Of a stretch of DNA of 64,000 nt, positions 11,196 through 24,255 are shown in pieces. Numbering within the stretch: position 1 is the first letter of the stretch; every line of letters starts with the position of its first letter. Source of the DNA: Malacoraja senta (Eukaryota); NCBI GenBank assembly GCA_038087875.1, contig CM075998.1:496001-560000 (forward strand), given 5' to 3'. Position numbers and translations under genes: made by a program. The notes beneath the pieces are model-generated. The model was not told where the DNA came from. It saw only the letters and a program-made list of their open reading frames with translations, and did no database searches.

Positions 11196-14100
11196 GTGAG
11201 TATGGTCCACATTAAGCCCTTTGTGTTAAGGAGGCTCAGATATCTCTGGTTTCAAGATAATAGAGCCTGCAATTGGTGGCTGAAGATGCAATAGTGTCAT
11301 TAATGATCATCTATAGTTTAAGAACAAGCATCCAATTGATAACTAAAGGACATTGATTTAACTCAACAGATAAAGGAAATAGAGAGACGAGAGGAAAAAT
11401 CTTGGTGCAGGGAACTGTTTGAATATTTTTAACATGGGTAGGTGCCAAATGAATGTCACTCCACAAAGGGTGTGATTGCTCATAAGATGCAAAACGTTAA
11501 CAGGTGAAAGGAGCAAGCAATTAAGGAGGCAAATGGTGTTGTTCTCTATTGCTAAGGGGTTGGAGTGTAAGAGTAAGGTAATTGGAAAGGCCTTTAATAA
11601 AAATGCATTTTCTTGATCTTACTGAATGCTCAAGGAACCCAAAGGCCAACTCCTGCTTTTATTTCTAATGTTCTTATGGTCTGAAAGATGCTGCCTGACG
11701 GGATTATAACATGAGCAGAGATTAAATAGACTGGCTGATACTCTCCAGTTTAGATGGATGGTCTCATTGAAACACGTAGGGATTTTCACAACTTGACAGG
11801 TTAGATGTTACTGTGCCTCGGTTATCTGTAACCAGGGCCAGAGATGAGGAGAAACGCCTTCACCCAGAGTCTTTGGAATTCTCTACTCAGGAGGGCCTGT
11901 AGAGGCTCAGTGGCTGAGTATAGTTGATAGGGAATGATAGAATTTTGGACATTAAAGGCATTGTAGGGTAACTGGGACTGAGGCAAAAAGGTCATCCATA
12001 ATGTGATTGTATGACAGAGCAGGCAAGTGGGTTTGAATGGCCAACTTCTGCTTCTATTTCTTGTTCTTATCAAAGCTGAGCTTTTTTAATAGTTTACAGC
12101 AGTCAATGTCTGTTCATTTGTTCTGACGGGAAATTGGCACTCAAAGTGCTGGCTAGTGCACAACAGTTCAAGCTTAGAAGCATCAGCACTCCAACCCAGT
12201 TAATGTGACAACTGCCACAGATCCAGATGATTCAGTCGCTCCAGTCAAATTACCCCCAGTTCAGTGGCTTGGCCAATTTCCTGCACTCCCACTCTCCTCA
12301 CCAATCTCCCCCTCAATGGAACTATAAATGGTTCTTCCAAAAACAGACGCTTCAGAATATAGTTGCTTCAGAGCCTTAGCCCTGATTTTTGGAAAGAAAA
12401 TTGAGGAGCGCAAAGGGAAAAGACAACATTAGTTTCTGCATGTTGTGTTGAGTGAGAAATGGAAATGATACAGTAGTTGGGCAGCACACTGATCGATGGT
12501 TGTGGCAATGCAGCAGGGGTGTTAACCTCAGGATCCCAAGTAAGCGCAGCAGTACAAAACAAAATTTGCCAGTCATTTACCTCAACGCTATATGTGGAAG
12601 CTCGCTGTGCGCAAATTGTCTGCTGCATTTTTTAAGTGCTCTTCGAGGTCGCGAAAGGCGCTATAAAGAATCATTTTTATTGTTAATAATGGCTAAAAAT
12701 TCCTTGCTTACATTATAGTATTCATCTGTTTGCTTTACTTTATTTTTATAATGGTGCCTGATGTCCACATGCACCATTGGAGCATGCTTGTTGTCTTGTG
12801 GTCCTGAAGGCATTTCATTGACAATGAGCTATAGCTCCACAATAACGACTAGCATGAGAGAAAAAATTAAAACTTGACCTGATCACGACTTGTCCAAACC
12901 TGGCCCGGCTTGGGGAGTCACTTTTTTTGTTGTTGTTTAAACCATACTCGGCCTGATCTGACTCAACCAAGCTCCCAACGTGCTATTGGCCACATGAAGT
13001 TGGAAGTCATTTTTGGGAAGCACTTGCTAAGAAATGGAAGGAAGAGCTTGCTGTCGCTACTCACAATGCACTGAGACTGCCTGTCCTGACCCAACCAGAA
13101 CCATACCTGCCTTAACCTATCCTGCATACAATTCTTGGCTCCTGTAAGACTCTGGCCAGGGACCAGGGCTTGCCCACATCTTCAACAACTGTTATCTTAC
13201 CCATGCAGCTATTTTGCAGAAGTCAGCCCAAACAATACATGTTGCAACTAATTTAGCCGGGATTAGGCTGGACTGGCAGCCCATTGCTTCAATGTCCACA
13301 TTTTAATCTTTCTTCTTACCCCTCTTTCAGGTGTGCTACCCTCTCGATGTCCTGCTTCCACCTTCATTGCCCTAACCTAGTTTCATCGACATCCCTGCCC
13401 AACAGGCCCACTAGGAGCTAATCTCGCTACACTCCTCCTATCCAATTCACCTCACCCAGTGCACTCTGTCATTGTCCTGACTATCTCTGCCAGCCCTACA
13501 AAACGTCTGTTCATTTGTAAAAATGGCCCTCACCATCTACAAACTGACTCTAGACTGTTGCAATAACAGCGTTATTCAAGTCAATGACATCTTTTCCCAA
13601 TGTCAAGTCTTTCCACCTGACTATGCCATCCAATACCTGGCCTGTCTGTACTGTATTATTTTCTACTCCTCTGAGAAGCTAACCATGTTCCAAACCTCTT
13701 GCCTCTCATTCATTATCTTCACCACATGTCCCTCCCCCCCCCCCCCAACCCATCCAAATACCAGAGTAATTCTCCCACTGCTTTCCTTCCACAGGTTCTA
13801 TGTTGAATAACTGCTCATCTTCAGTAATTTCATCTCCCATCTCACGTCATCATGCACTGTCTATCCAACCTCGGTGCATTCCTATCCCCATTTAATCTTT
13901 TCCACCATTTAAACCCAAACATACATTCAATCCTATCTCAGTAACCTCTGCCTCCACCCCCTATCTTTCTCCATGCCGTAACTAACTTTGGACTCTACCT
14001 ACTCCAATGGACTCTGTTCGGTCTCTCTCAATCCAAAATCCAGAAATGCCCCACATGGGACCCATTCACCCACAAATCCTGTGCTTAATGACATACCAGC

Positions 14101-15335
14101 AATTCAAGGAAGGGGTGGCAAGGGCATTTGGGAATGAGCAATAAATTGCCAACCCTTTCAGTATTATACACACCATGAAAAATGGGTTAAAAGATGCAAT
14201 GGAAGTTGCTGTTAGTACATAAATGTTAACATTGTGTTCTAACAGGCGATTAGTTGGATGTGAATATAAGCATTTTTAAATATGCAACTTTGAATTTGAA
14301 AAATCTAAAATGTCTGTTTCACATACATCATTTTAACAATGGACTGAGGGCAAATTTTAGCGATGGATTTATAATGGGTAATAGATTTATACAAATTGTA
14401 ATACTCCGAAATTAAAATGTGCATTTTAAACATCTTTGAGATCTGCCTGTGGATTCAAAAGGATTGAAATGTAAATAAGGCAATCCCATCTGGATTGCTA
14501 TGCAGTTCTGTCATTTTCTGCTTTATTTTAAATTTCCAGCATCTGATTAATTTACATTTAAACTACTGCTAGGATGCCATTAAGGGCCTCAGCGAAATTC
14601 AACCAAGTTCTGGCAATTTAACTGCATCCCGATAATGTGCTTAAAATGGCAGCTAGTGGGAGGTGAATTTTCATCCACATTAAAACTGGCTGCAAAGGGG
14701 TGGTAACTCTTCAATACATTTACTGCTCAGGCACCTGCCAGTTGAATATCAATACTGGCAATGGTTTTAAAAGGCCTAGGAGCTATAAAGATTCGTTTCT
14801 TGCACTGTGGTGCAAATTAGTCCAGAACAAGAAATGAATGCATTTATGACCTTGGTCCCACTATAGTAGAGACGATTTAGAGTTATAATAACATAAAGAA
14901 AGTCTACAGGTACACCTCAATGGAAAAAAAAACCTCTCTCTCTCTTTTTGACAGCAACCATTTCTGGAAGTTAAAGTGGCAGAAACAAACAAACGTACTC
15001 GCCGAAACCTGGGGCTGGATTGTGATGAGCACTCCACAGAGTCACGTTGCTGTCGCTTTCCGCTAACCGTTGATTTTGAGGCCTTCGGCTGGGACTGGAT
15101 TATTGCCCCCAAACGATACAAAGCCAACTACTGCTCTGGTCAATGCGAGTACATGTTCATGCAGAAATACCCACATACCCACCTGGTACATCATGCCAAT
15201 GCCAGAGGCTCAGCAGGCCCGTGCTGCACGCCAACCAAAATGTCGCCCATCAACATGCTTTACTTCAACGACAAGCAAGAGATCATCAACGGGCAAATCC
15301 CAGGCATGGTGGTCGATCGATGTGGCTGCTCCTAA
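10822..15335 (+). CDS. GDF11: Growth differentiation factor 11, 5'-partial: join(10822..11195,14955..15335); exon 1 not in window
   Basis: Propeptide, RTRR furin site and 109-aa TGF-beta mature domain with 9 Cys. GDF11-type residues (N1-L2, Q46, YMFM, D89, Q91, G100) rather than MSTN-type. Neighbour is SARNP, as in human 12q13. Confidence 0.93.
11480..12065 (+). mobile_element. Old CR1 LINE fragments in GDF11 intron 2
   Basis: Decayed CTCATTGAAAC / TTCACCCAGAG / TGGAATTCTCTAC / GAATGGCCAACTTCTGCT motifs. Confidence 0.55.
14955..15335 (+). CDS. GDF11: GDF11 exon 3 coding part (381 nt; mature ligand 15006-15332)
   Basis: Acceptor tttttgacag|CAA CCA TTT. Encodes [26 protein letters not shown]...VVDRCGCS then TAA. 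Confidence 0.96.
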   Translation, partial: QPFLEVKVAETNKRTRRNLGLDCDEHSTESRCCRFPLTVDFEAFGWDWIIAPKRYKANYCSGQCEYMFMQKYPHTHLVHHANARGSAGPCCTPTKMSPINMLYFNDKQEIINGQIPGMVVDRCGCS

Positions 15336-17093
15336 AATGAAGATCAGCCAAATGTCTTTCCCCCTGTCATTTGAAGCATCATTATTCTAGAATGTGATGT
15401 CCAAACTATGCCATGCACTGTGCAATAAGCAGAGAGAGAGAGAAAACAAATTGGGCCTCATTCATCAGAAACATATTTTCCAAACAAAAAGCAGCCAGTT
15501 AATAAGAACTAGGACTAATTGATCCCAAGTCTCTGGGTTCTTCCCCTCCCCCCAACCCCACAACTGAAACAGTAACTGCTGATCACAATAGACGAGCAAA
15601 TAGTCTGGGAGGAGTTACTGAGGCCAACAGCACCTGCGAAATAAATTAACATTCTCAATAAGCAAAGACAGCAGACCCTTGGTAACTGGTATCAACTTGT
15701 CAGATTTGATTCCACAGATTTTGAAAACCCACAACCTGGCTTGGCAATTGTCCTGTTTAACGTTGCTGATTAAACAAAAAAAAAAAAAACACAAAAAAAA
15801 GAGAAAGATCATATTAGTCATGAATTTGGTTTGGAAAGGCAGGAAGGGGAAGAATGAGCACTAGCAGTGAGACTGTCTCTTTAAGAGGAAAACAGGCAAA
15901 CTGCACACCGGATATATGCTCTTAACTTTTGCAAAGTCCTCAACAGTGTTTAAATGAAAACTTTCAAAAGCTGTAGATGAATGAAGAGAGACCTGGAAAA
16001 GGAAGTTCGGTGGCTCTTTTCACAGCTGAATTCCTTTTCATCTGACAGATAAAATGGTGGGAAGGCACAGGGTATCAGCCAGTGAAGGTTTGGGGTAAGA
16101 CATAGCTTGGTTCCCATGAAGGTTTAACTTCTACTATCTCTCATCTGGTCCTGACTGACACTGCTTTGCAATTCCAACATTTTTGCTGCTTTATTTCAAA
16201 CAATCAGCATTTAGTTTCCTCCTGCCATCACTTGCAGAATCCCAGAGCCTCACTAGTCAGCGCTGGACAAGTCAAAAGCCTTCTTTAGCTTCTTTGATTT
16301 AGGAAACTGGCACACAGTGTGCGTACGATTTATGATCTGACCTGGCCCGAGCCAATCCATTCTGATATTACTCAAAAGGGGATGGATTACAAGGGCAGAG
16401 GAGTGACAATGGGGGAGGATGCTTAAAGCACCACAGCTGGAGTTCTGCATTCAGTTCTGTGCCCCACACTTCACGATTGGGGCTACAGCAAAGATTTACC
16501 AGGATTACACTGGGGGGTGATAAAGGGTTGCAATGGCTGGCCTTGTATTACTTTAGGGGGAGAAGATGAAGGCATGAACTGAGTTGGTGTAAATGATACC
16601 AGTGGGGTGTGGGTTAGGCAGTGAGAAATTATTTCCTCTTGTGGGGAGCCCAGAACAAGGAAGTGGAGCCTTAAAGCTGGATCCAGGCAGTCGTGATGAC
16701 GATTCCTTATCCAAATGGCAATGGAAATCTGGAATAGTCTCCCACAAAAAGCCGTGGAGCTGGAGGCATTTGGGGTTGGGGTTGGAGGGGGGGGAGCAAT
16801 ACTCAAGCTAAAGATTGATAAGCAATGAGTAATGGTGAACCTGCACCTTGATGTTGGGGCAGAACTCTCTCTCACTGGGCACTCAACATCAACCAAAAGC
16901 ACTTCTGCTCAGAGTTAAGCTCCCTCTCCTGTGCCGTGTGCTACTTCCTAATTTTATGGGTTATTAAAACGAAAGCAAGTAAAATGAGAGACTTCCACGA
17001 CCAAATCAGAACTCAGCCGATGCCAGTACTGCAGCCTAAATCTGGACTGGGCTAGGTTTAGTATTTTAGCGAGGCTGAAATCTTGAGCAATAA

Positions 17094-17567
17094 ACAAAGT
17101 GTTGTAAGATCTCAACGGGTCAGGCAACTTCTGTGGAGTGAAATGGACAGATGGGATTTTAGGTTGGTATCCTTTATCAGACCGATTGCAGTAAGGGGAG
17201 AAAGCTGGAAAGAGAGCTGGGTGAGATATTGTCATGCAAGTGATAGGTGGATACAGAGGGTGGGAGGTGGTTTCAGCTGGATGGAGTAAGTGACAAAAGC
17301 TAAAGGTGATAAGGAGACACAAGGGTCCTTCTCTTCTCTCCAAATACGACAACCTTTTGTATCCATTTCACACCTAGCCTTTGTCACTTACTCCATCCAC
17401 CTGCCAATCACCTGTTCCCACCGATCACTTGCCAGGCTTTGTCCCAACTCTCTATTCCAGCTTTCTCCCACTACATCAGTCTGAAGAAGGGCCCAGATCC
17501 AAAACACCACCTGCCCATTTCTCTCCACAGATGCCGTCTGACCCACTGAGTTCCTCCAGCACTTTGT
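17094..17567. mobile_element. Two inverted Penelope terminal segments forming a ~470-bp imperfect inverted repeat
   Basis: 17279-17302 and 17375-17398 match 23/24 as reverse complements; further matching blocks extend outward. Confidence 0.75.
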
Positions 17568-17855
17568 GTCTCGGATTTTAGCTTTTTTTTCGGTACACTC
17601 TGCTTCTATTTATAAAGCCTAAAATTCCATAGACCTCGTCGCTGCCACAGTTCATCCCTTTCCACATAGCCAAATGATAAAAACATCAATAAGTTTGCAC
17701 CATGATCAGTGAAAGATCACAATGTCACAGAAGGAAGTGCTGGTGCATTTGCTGATTCTGCCAAAGTCTGCGCTAAGTATGCACTGTGCTCCCTAAGTGC
17801 ATCTGTCCAAAAAAAAGTAAACGTGCAGAAGTTAACTGGTTAAATTAAAGGCACA

Positions 17856-18071
17856 GGTAGACAAAAATGCTGGAGAAACTCAGCGGGTGAGGCAGCATCC
17901 ATGGAGCGAAAGAAATAGGCAACGTTTCGGGTCGAAACCCTCCTTCTGAAGAAGGGTTTCGATCTGAAACGTTACCTATTTCCTTCGCTCCATAGATGCT
18001 GCCTCGCCCACTGAGTTTCTCCAGCATTTGTCTACCTTCGATTTTCCAGCATCTGCAGTTCCTTCTTAAAC
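17856..18071. mobile_element. Palindromic Penelope-derived mini-element with hammerhead motif and 14-bp TSD
   Basis: Arms ~17857-17945 and ~17950-18036 are reverse complements; AAATTAAAGGCACA at 17842-17855 and 18072-18085. Confidence 0.85.
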
Positions 18072-20344
18072 AAATTAAAGGCACATGTTCCCATGAGTAT
18101 AGATTAATAGTGATCCAACTGAGGTGAAGGGAGTTGACTGGGTAGATAGAAAACTATTCCCCCGGTGGGAACCACAATATTAAAATTATATCCAGATAAT
18201 TTAAAGATAGAGGAAATCTGGAACTTTTGCTATTGTGGTTAGATGTCAAACAAAAATATTTTAAAAAAACAGGTTGATAAGTAAATGTTTCAAAGGCTGC
18301 AGAAACGTAGAGAGCAGATTGTTGAAATAGCCTTGAAAGTGGCCTCCTATTGTCCCCACGTAACAGACTGGAGAGGGGCTGAAAGGACTCATTGCAAACA
18401 CCAAGCGCGAATCATTTACAACCTGCACTTTGTTGGAGGGAAGACTGAATTGGTCACAATGGGGGAAGGGGGGGGGGAGGAGGGGTGGAATGGGGAGATA
18501 ACATGTAGGGGTACCAAGTGGGAGATTGAGGAAGATTCAGAGCACTGACCAAGATTGGTGGCCTCACCCTTTAGTTCCATCATATCACTGTACTCTAATT
18601 ATCAATGAAGTCAAAAGATCAAGCCTTTGGTTGTCATCCACACCAACCCACATCCTGGTGGGCAGAAGGTCCATCGGGCACTTGCAACTTGTGCCAAGAC
18701 TGGCACTTTAAAACAGTGGAGGCAGGAATTCCTTGTCGAGTAGCAGAATGCTTCCTTGGGTGATCAATATTCATGAGGATCTCTTTTTAATATGCACACT
18801 ATGCTGCAAAAGCCACTTCATGAATCTGCTGATCAGTGATTAGTGGCATGACTGGATGGAGAAAGTGCTGACAGATATTGCAACCTAATAAACAGCTGCA
18901 TCAAGACACAAGCAATATCACCAAACTGGAAAGATCAAAAGAATCTTTAAGCAAGTTAGATTGCAGTAAATTGTGGCACATTTCATGACCGTCATTTTTG
19001 GGCTGTGATACAAATGGTGGAATATTAATGAGAAGCTTGGAGAAACACAACAGGCTGCACATATTAAATCAGCTTATTGTGCCTGTAAGCATCAGCTTGC
19101 TTTTCAATCAATAGTTACTGTGATTTTTCTTTGTTCCTCTAAGAATCGATTCTGCCCTACCCTGATTTTATTCGATCTACCATTAGCCGACGTGCCTTCA
19201 GCTACTTGGAGTTCCCAAGCTATGAAATTCCTCACTTAAACTCCCTGTCTCTCTCTCGCTCTCTCTCAATCCTGAAATCACTCCTCAAAACTCAACTCTG
19301 ACTAAACATTTGGTCACCTGCTCCAGTTTTGGAGTGTTTGGCTAGATTAAAAGGCACTGTACAAATGGAAACTGTCAGTAAAAGGGACAAAACAGCAAAA
19401 AGCAACCATTTATCACAACACAAACAACCCTGGAGGAACCAACTTGGATTGTTGTCACCCATTTATGTCCTAGCAATCAAAAAAACAGAACTGGCAGAGG
19501 CATTTGAGGAGTTTGCCAGCTCACTTTCTGCTTTGTATGCTGGAGCAGAGGGAACCCAAACAGAGGGACAGGAAAAAAAGTTGGCAGCGAAAATAATAGG
19601 TCCACTTTTATTTTATTTTTTTACAAAAAGCCTGAAGTGACCTCAGTTATTTTAAATGCCCATTGAGACAACTGGGAAAAATTAAGAGGGTTTGGTAGAT
19701 TTGATCTGGTGAAACTACATAGACAAGAGGGTCAGTAATCAGAAGACACTGGAGGTGAAAGAAGGTGGGGAATTATAATCGGGAACACACTGTCTGAAAG
19801 GGCAGTGGAAGCAGATTAAATAGGAAGTCTCAAAAGGGAAATAGGTCCCTATTTCGAAAGGGATAAAAAACAAATGTAGTGCGAAGAGGAGTGAAACCAG
19901 CTCTTTCTAACAGGCCATGCCAGGCTGAATCACTTCTTCCAGTGCTGCATTATTCCAAAACCACTGCAGATCCTGCAAATCTAAAATAAAAACAGAAAAT
20001 GTTACCAGTCAGTCAGGCAGCATTTGTGGAAAGAAACGGCTAACATTTCAGGTCAATGACCTTGCATCAGAAATAGGAAAAGTTTTAAAAAAGTAATCAA
20101 ACATGTTTTATGTTGCAGGGAAGGGGCAGATGTTGCAACGGATATGTCTGTGACAAGGTGGGGACCAAGAGACTGAGTGAATCAAGAGGTGGTGGTGTTA
20201 CCTGAGCAAGGATGGGAAAGGCATATCAGAGCTGGCCTGTCTGCAGAAGGTAAACAGGAGATGAATACAAAAATTCTGGAGCTGTGAAATACAAAACACT
20301 ACAGTTGATGGGAAAAAATGTAGTGTGTTGCATACAGTGCTCAC

Positions 20345-20620
20345 TTTAAGGTGAGAGGGGAAAGATTTAAGGTGAGAGAGGAAAGATTTAATGAGAGCCT
20401 GAGGGACAACTTTTTCACAGAGGGTGGTGAGTTGCCAGAGGAGGTAGTTGAAGTAGCTACTATAACAGTATTTAAAAGACACTTGACAGGTACACGGATA
20501 GGATTGGTTTAGATGGATGTGGGCCAAACGCAGGCAAATGAGACTACCGCAGATGGGGCATCTTGGTTGGCATGAATGAGTTGGGTTGAAGGGCCTGTTT
20601 CCATGCTGTTGACTCTATGA
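20345..20620 (+). mobile_element. CR1 LINE 3' fragment
   Basis: AAGGTGAGAGGGGAAAGATTTAA (locally duplicated)...GGGCCTGTTTCCATGCTGT tail. Confidence 0.75.
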
Positions 20621-23600
20621 GAATGCTGTCCCCACTTAAGGATCCAGGCCCAGGTTGAGTGACCACTTTGCACTATAGCTCTGAGTTCACAGGGGTTGCC
20701 CTGGGTTTTCCAATTGCCTGTCACTTTAATTCCGCATCCCCTCTCACTCTGATCTCTGTCTATTCCAACAAAGCTCAGTATAAGCTCAAGGACCAGCATT
20801 TAATTACCCCATCTGGGCGCATTACAGCCATCACAACTCCACTGAGTACAACAATTTTGGACAGCAGGAAAGGCTGGGCATAGAAACATAGACAATAGGT
20901 GCAGGAGTAGGCCATTCGGCCCTTCGAGCCAGCACCGCCATTCAATATGATCATGGCAGTTCCAATGAAACCTAGTCAACCTGTAACATCAACACTATGT
21001 CTCTTGTTACAGAAGCTAACCAACTTGCTGAGTACCTCCAACACTCTCCTTTATTTCAGATTTCCAGCACCTGCAGTGTTCTGTATCTCACTGTTCCAGA
21101 ATTGGGTATTTCTCTCCTCCTACCTCACTCACCGTCCCATTTCCACCTCCTCCCTACGGAACGATGGACAAGCCTTCACAACCCTCTCTCAGTTCGCACC
21201 CCTACCACTCGTGTCTTCCTGTGTCTCTTGGTCTCTCCATCTGCCGTGTAAAATAGGTTTGAATTTTAAAATCTTCCTAGCTCTGATGAAAGGTCATCAA
21301 CAATGTGAAATGTAACACCGTTTCTCCCTCTGCAAATGCTGCCTGGCCTGGTATTTCCTGCATTTAAAATATATATAAATCAGCATTAATTTCACTGAGA
21401 AACATTGAAGACTGGTGGGATTCTAATTAAAATATATCACTAAGACCAGTTACTTATTATTATAGACATTACTGGCCTTATTGAGTGGATTCAAACTCAG
21501 GTATACAATGCGACAGAGGAATTACTTACAGGTCACCTCATACTGGATGACTATCAAATGATTCGGCCCTGTAGAGTGACTGCTCCCCTCACAAGAGGAC
21601 TGTGTATTTATTAATCTTTGAAAATAGATTAAAGGAAAACGATGCTTACATCGGTTATGAACAGAACCCATCTCTAATGATTATAAAGTGAGGACATTTG
21701 TTGCAACCATGGAAATTTTCAGGCAAAATCTACTGAGATAGTGGACTCAATTTTAAATGTGGGTGGAGGGTAGGAAACGTATGTCCCCTTAATGGCTGCT
21801 GGTGCTCCCCCTCCCCCCCCCCCAAAAAAAACCTAACCAGTACCATTTCCAGGTTGACACAACATGGTCTTGGCTGATTTTAACCCATTCTGTGGTTGTG
21901 GTGGGGGATGGGGGTGAGATATGGAATGGTGTTTAAAATAAAAATCTCAGGCAATGTGCCCAAGATATAAGCAAGACCAACTGCCCCCTCATCTGCCTAA
22001 ATCATTCACAACAAATTGATTCTGCCCAGGATAAATCTCAATAGGGTGGAAAATCTAGACTGCCCTTGCTGTACAAGGAAGGATCCTTCTGTAAAAAGCA
22101 CCGCGAGATCCAAACAGATGGGTTTTGGGAAGTGCAGCACTTTGCTTGGGTGCAGTCCAATTTTAACTGGCCCTTATGAAGAACTCGTAAATTAACATTT
22201 GCTTTAAATAAGTTATTTTTCAAGTCATGTGCATAGGATTTGATGGTTATGTATCAAATCTTTTTTAGTCACAGTCATTGCAAATGTAGAATGTTGTATG
22301 AGAGGGAGTAGCTCAAAAGATTATTATAGTTAAATATTTTAGAATCACCTTCATCTTAATGTTTCTCAAGTTTAAGGGTTCCTCATTGACATAAAGGAAA
22401 CAATGTCCTTTATTTCATTAGGTTACTACAACCTCAAGATAGAACAGTGGCTGGCATCACCGTATTTCCCATGTTTGCTCCTAATTCTACCCTATTGCAC
22501 ATTTGGTTGCTTCCTTCCCCACCTGCACACAGATCATCATTAATTCAGTCTAAAAGTAACCTGAAAGTACCTGGGAGAGCAGTGCTGCAACAGAAATACC
22601 ATGCCATTGAACATGGTTCATGAAAAGATTTCTGAATGCATGAAAGCTTGTTCAGATTCGATTTCGGAAATGGTAACTGTTGCACTGTGGAAAGTCAAAG
22701 AAATGAGAGGATGTTTATTACACACTGCATCACATCCCTATTGGGCACAACTCATGGTACAAGTTCAAAGTGCGACTATGGATGCCATTGTGTAAATCAA
22801 GTTCGAGTTAATACCAGCTTTTACCTATTTTGTATTGTTGTACCAGTGGGGAAAGTGTCACACTACAGGAACGTCACTTCCAGAAGTGAACCACATTCAC
22901 TACCATTGTTAGAGAGTCCTAGAGTTCGATATCAATAAAATCATATGCCCATTCAGCTCTCCAGTGCAATATGGTTTAAAGTACCAAAACAATCTTAATA
23001 TTACGCAGCTTTTCAGGAAAAGTTATTTTACCACGCTAAACTGAAATATAAGGGGTTAATAAGGCCTTGTTTATTATACATTCACCACAAGTATAACTTT
23101 GTAAGTATATTAAAATAGGAACTTTAATAATACAATACATAATCACACTGAGGTTTTGTGAAATTATAGTGTGCAGTGGTTTATGAAACCAACTTTTGCA
23201 AGTAGGGATGTTGTTGAACCCAGGTGAGTGCTTTTAGCTATGTAGGGTCGGGTTAATGGAAACAAAAAATGGAACATTTAAGCGTAATGGCTAATCTGGC
23301 AAATTTCCAACATGAGCACAATCACCATTAAAGATCAATGTTGGCCAACCTCCGAGGCCAAGCTAAAACAGTTCATTGTACGGATGTTAAATCTTACAAA
23401 TGCTCAATTGCCATTTGACTGCACACATTAAGTTAATGTGTTATTGTAGATGATAAATGTTTTGGTTGATAGAATGGAATTGAGGACGGGGAGGACCACA
23501 GAGCTAGCCTGCAGGCTGTTCGGCCAAGGACTACCATAAAGAAAAGAAAAGAACAAAACAAAACAGTTCAGCAGAGCATTGAGCAACATTGGCATTGCGT

Positions 23601-24033
23601 ATCCAGAAAGCAGCCGAGAGGCACTATTCAGATTTCAAACAGCTACCTAGTTTTTGAAGGGGAGGCAACTCATTGTAACCATTATAAAATGGCACACCAA
23701 TAATCTTCACAAATCTGCTCAGAGGATAAAATTAAATGAGCGCTAAATCTGTTGTGTAAGCATTACAGATACAATATTGTATAACCTGAAGTTTTAATAT
23801 AGTTGCTTGAATTAGTTCTGTTCATATTGTGTACAATATTACCTTAATCTGTCCAATTTTGTTCTCAGTACAATGAAATATTTACAAAGGTAAAATTAGG
23901 GCTTATTTTATGTTGAAGTATCTTTGAAACCTAAATGTGTTGCAGAAAGAAAATGTTTTTTCTGTCAACTGTTGAAATGTTGTTTTGATTTTTCCTTTAG
24001 TTTGTGGTTGTTTGGAGTACATCTTTGAAGAGC

Positions 24034-24039
24034 AATAAA
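24034..24039 (+). terminator. Candidate distal polyadenylation signal of GDF11
   Basis: AATAAA ends a repeat-poor T-rich stretch and is followed by GT/T-rich sequence. Other AATAAA hexamers occur earlier (e.g. 15640, 22934). Confidence 0.35.
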
Positions 24040-24255
24040 AACATTTATACTGAAGAGTGTTGATTTTGCATTCTAAAGGTGAACCAAAAACATGGATCTT
24101 TTAGAGACAATGTGATATGATAGGTCAAAGTGCACAGAAGACCTACGGCCAAGTAAAATGGCACTGGAGATCACAGAACATTAGAATATCTGGAGATAGT
24201 CACAAAATGCTGGAGTAGCTCAGTGGGACAGGCAGCACCTTTGAAGAGAAGGAAT

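Noticed and set aside
10822-15335. Calling the TGF-beta gene myostatin (MSTN), given the nearby INPP1 and residues T11/H62
   Set aside because: Most diagnostic residues (NLG start, Q46, YMFM, D89, Q91, G100, propeptide QSIDFK/NWGIEI) and adjacency to SARNP favour GDF11.
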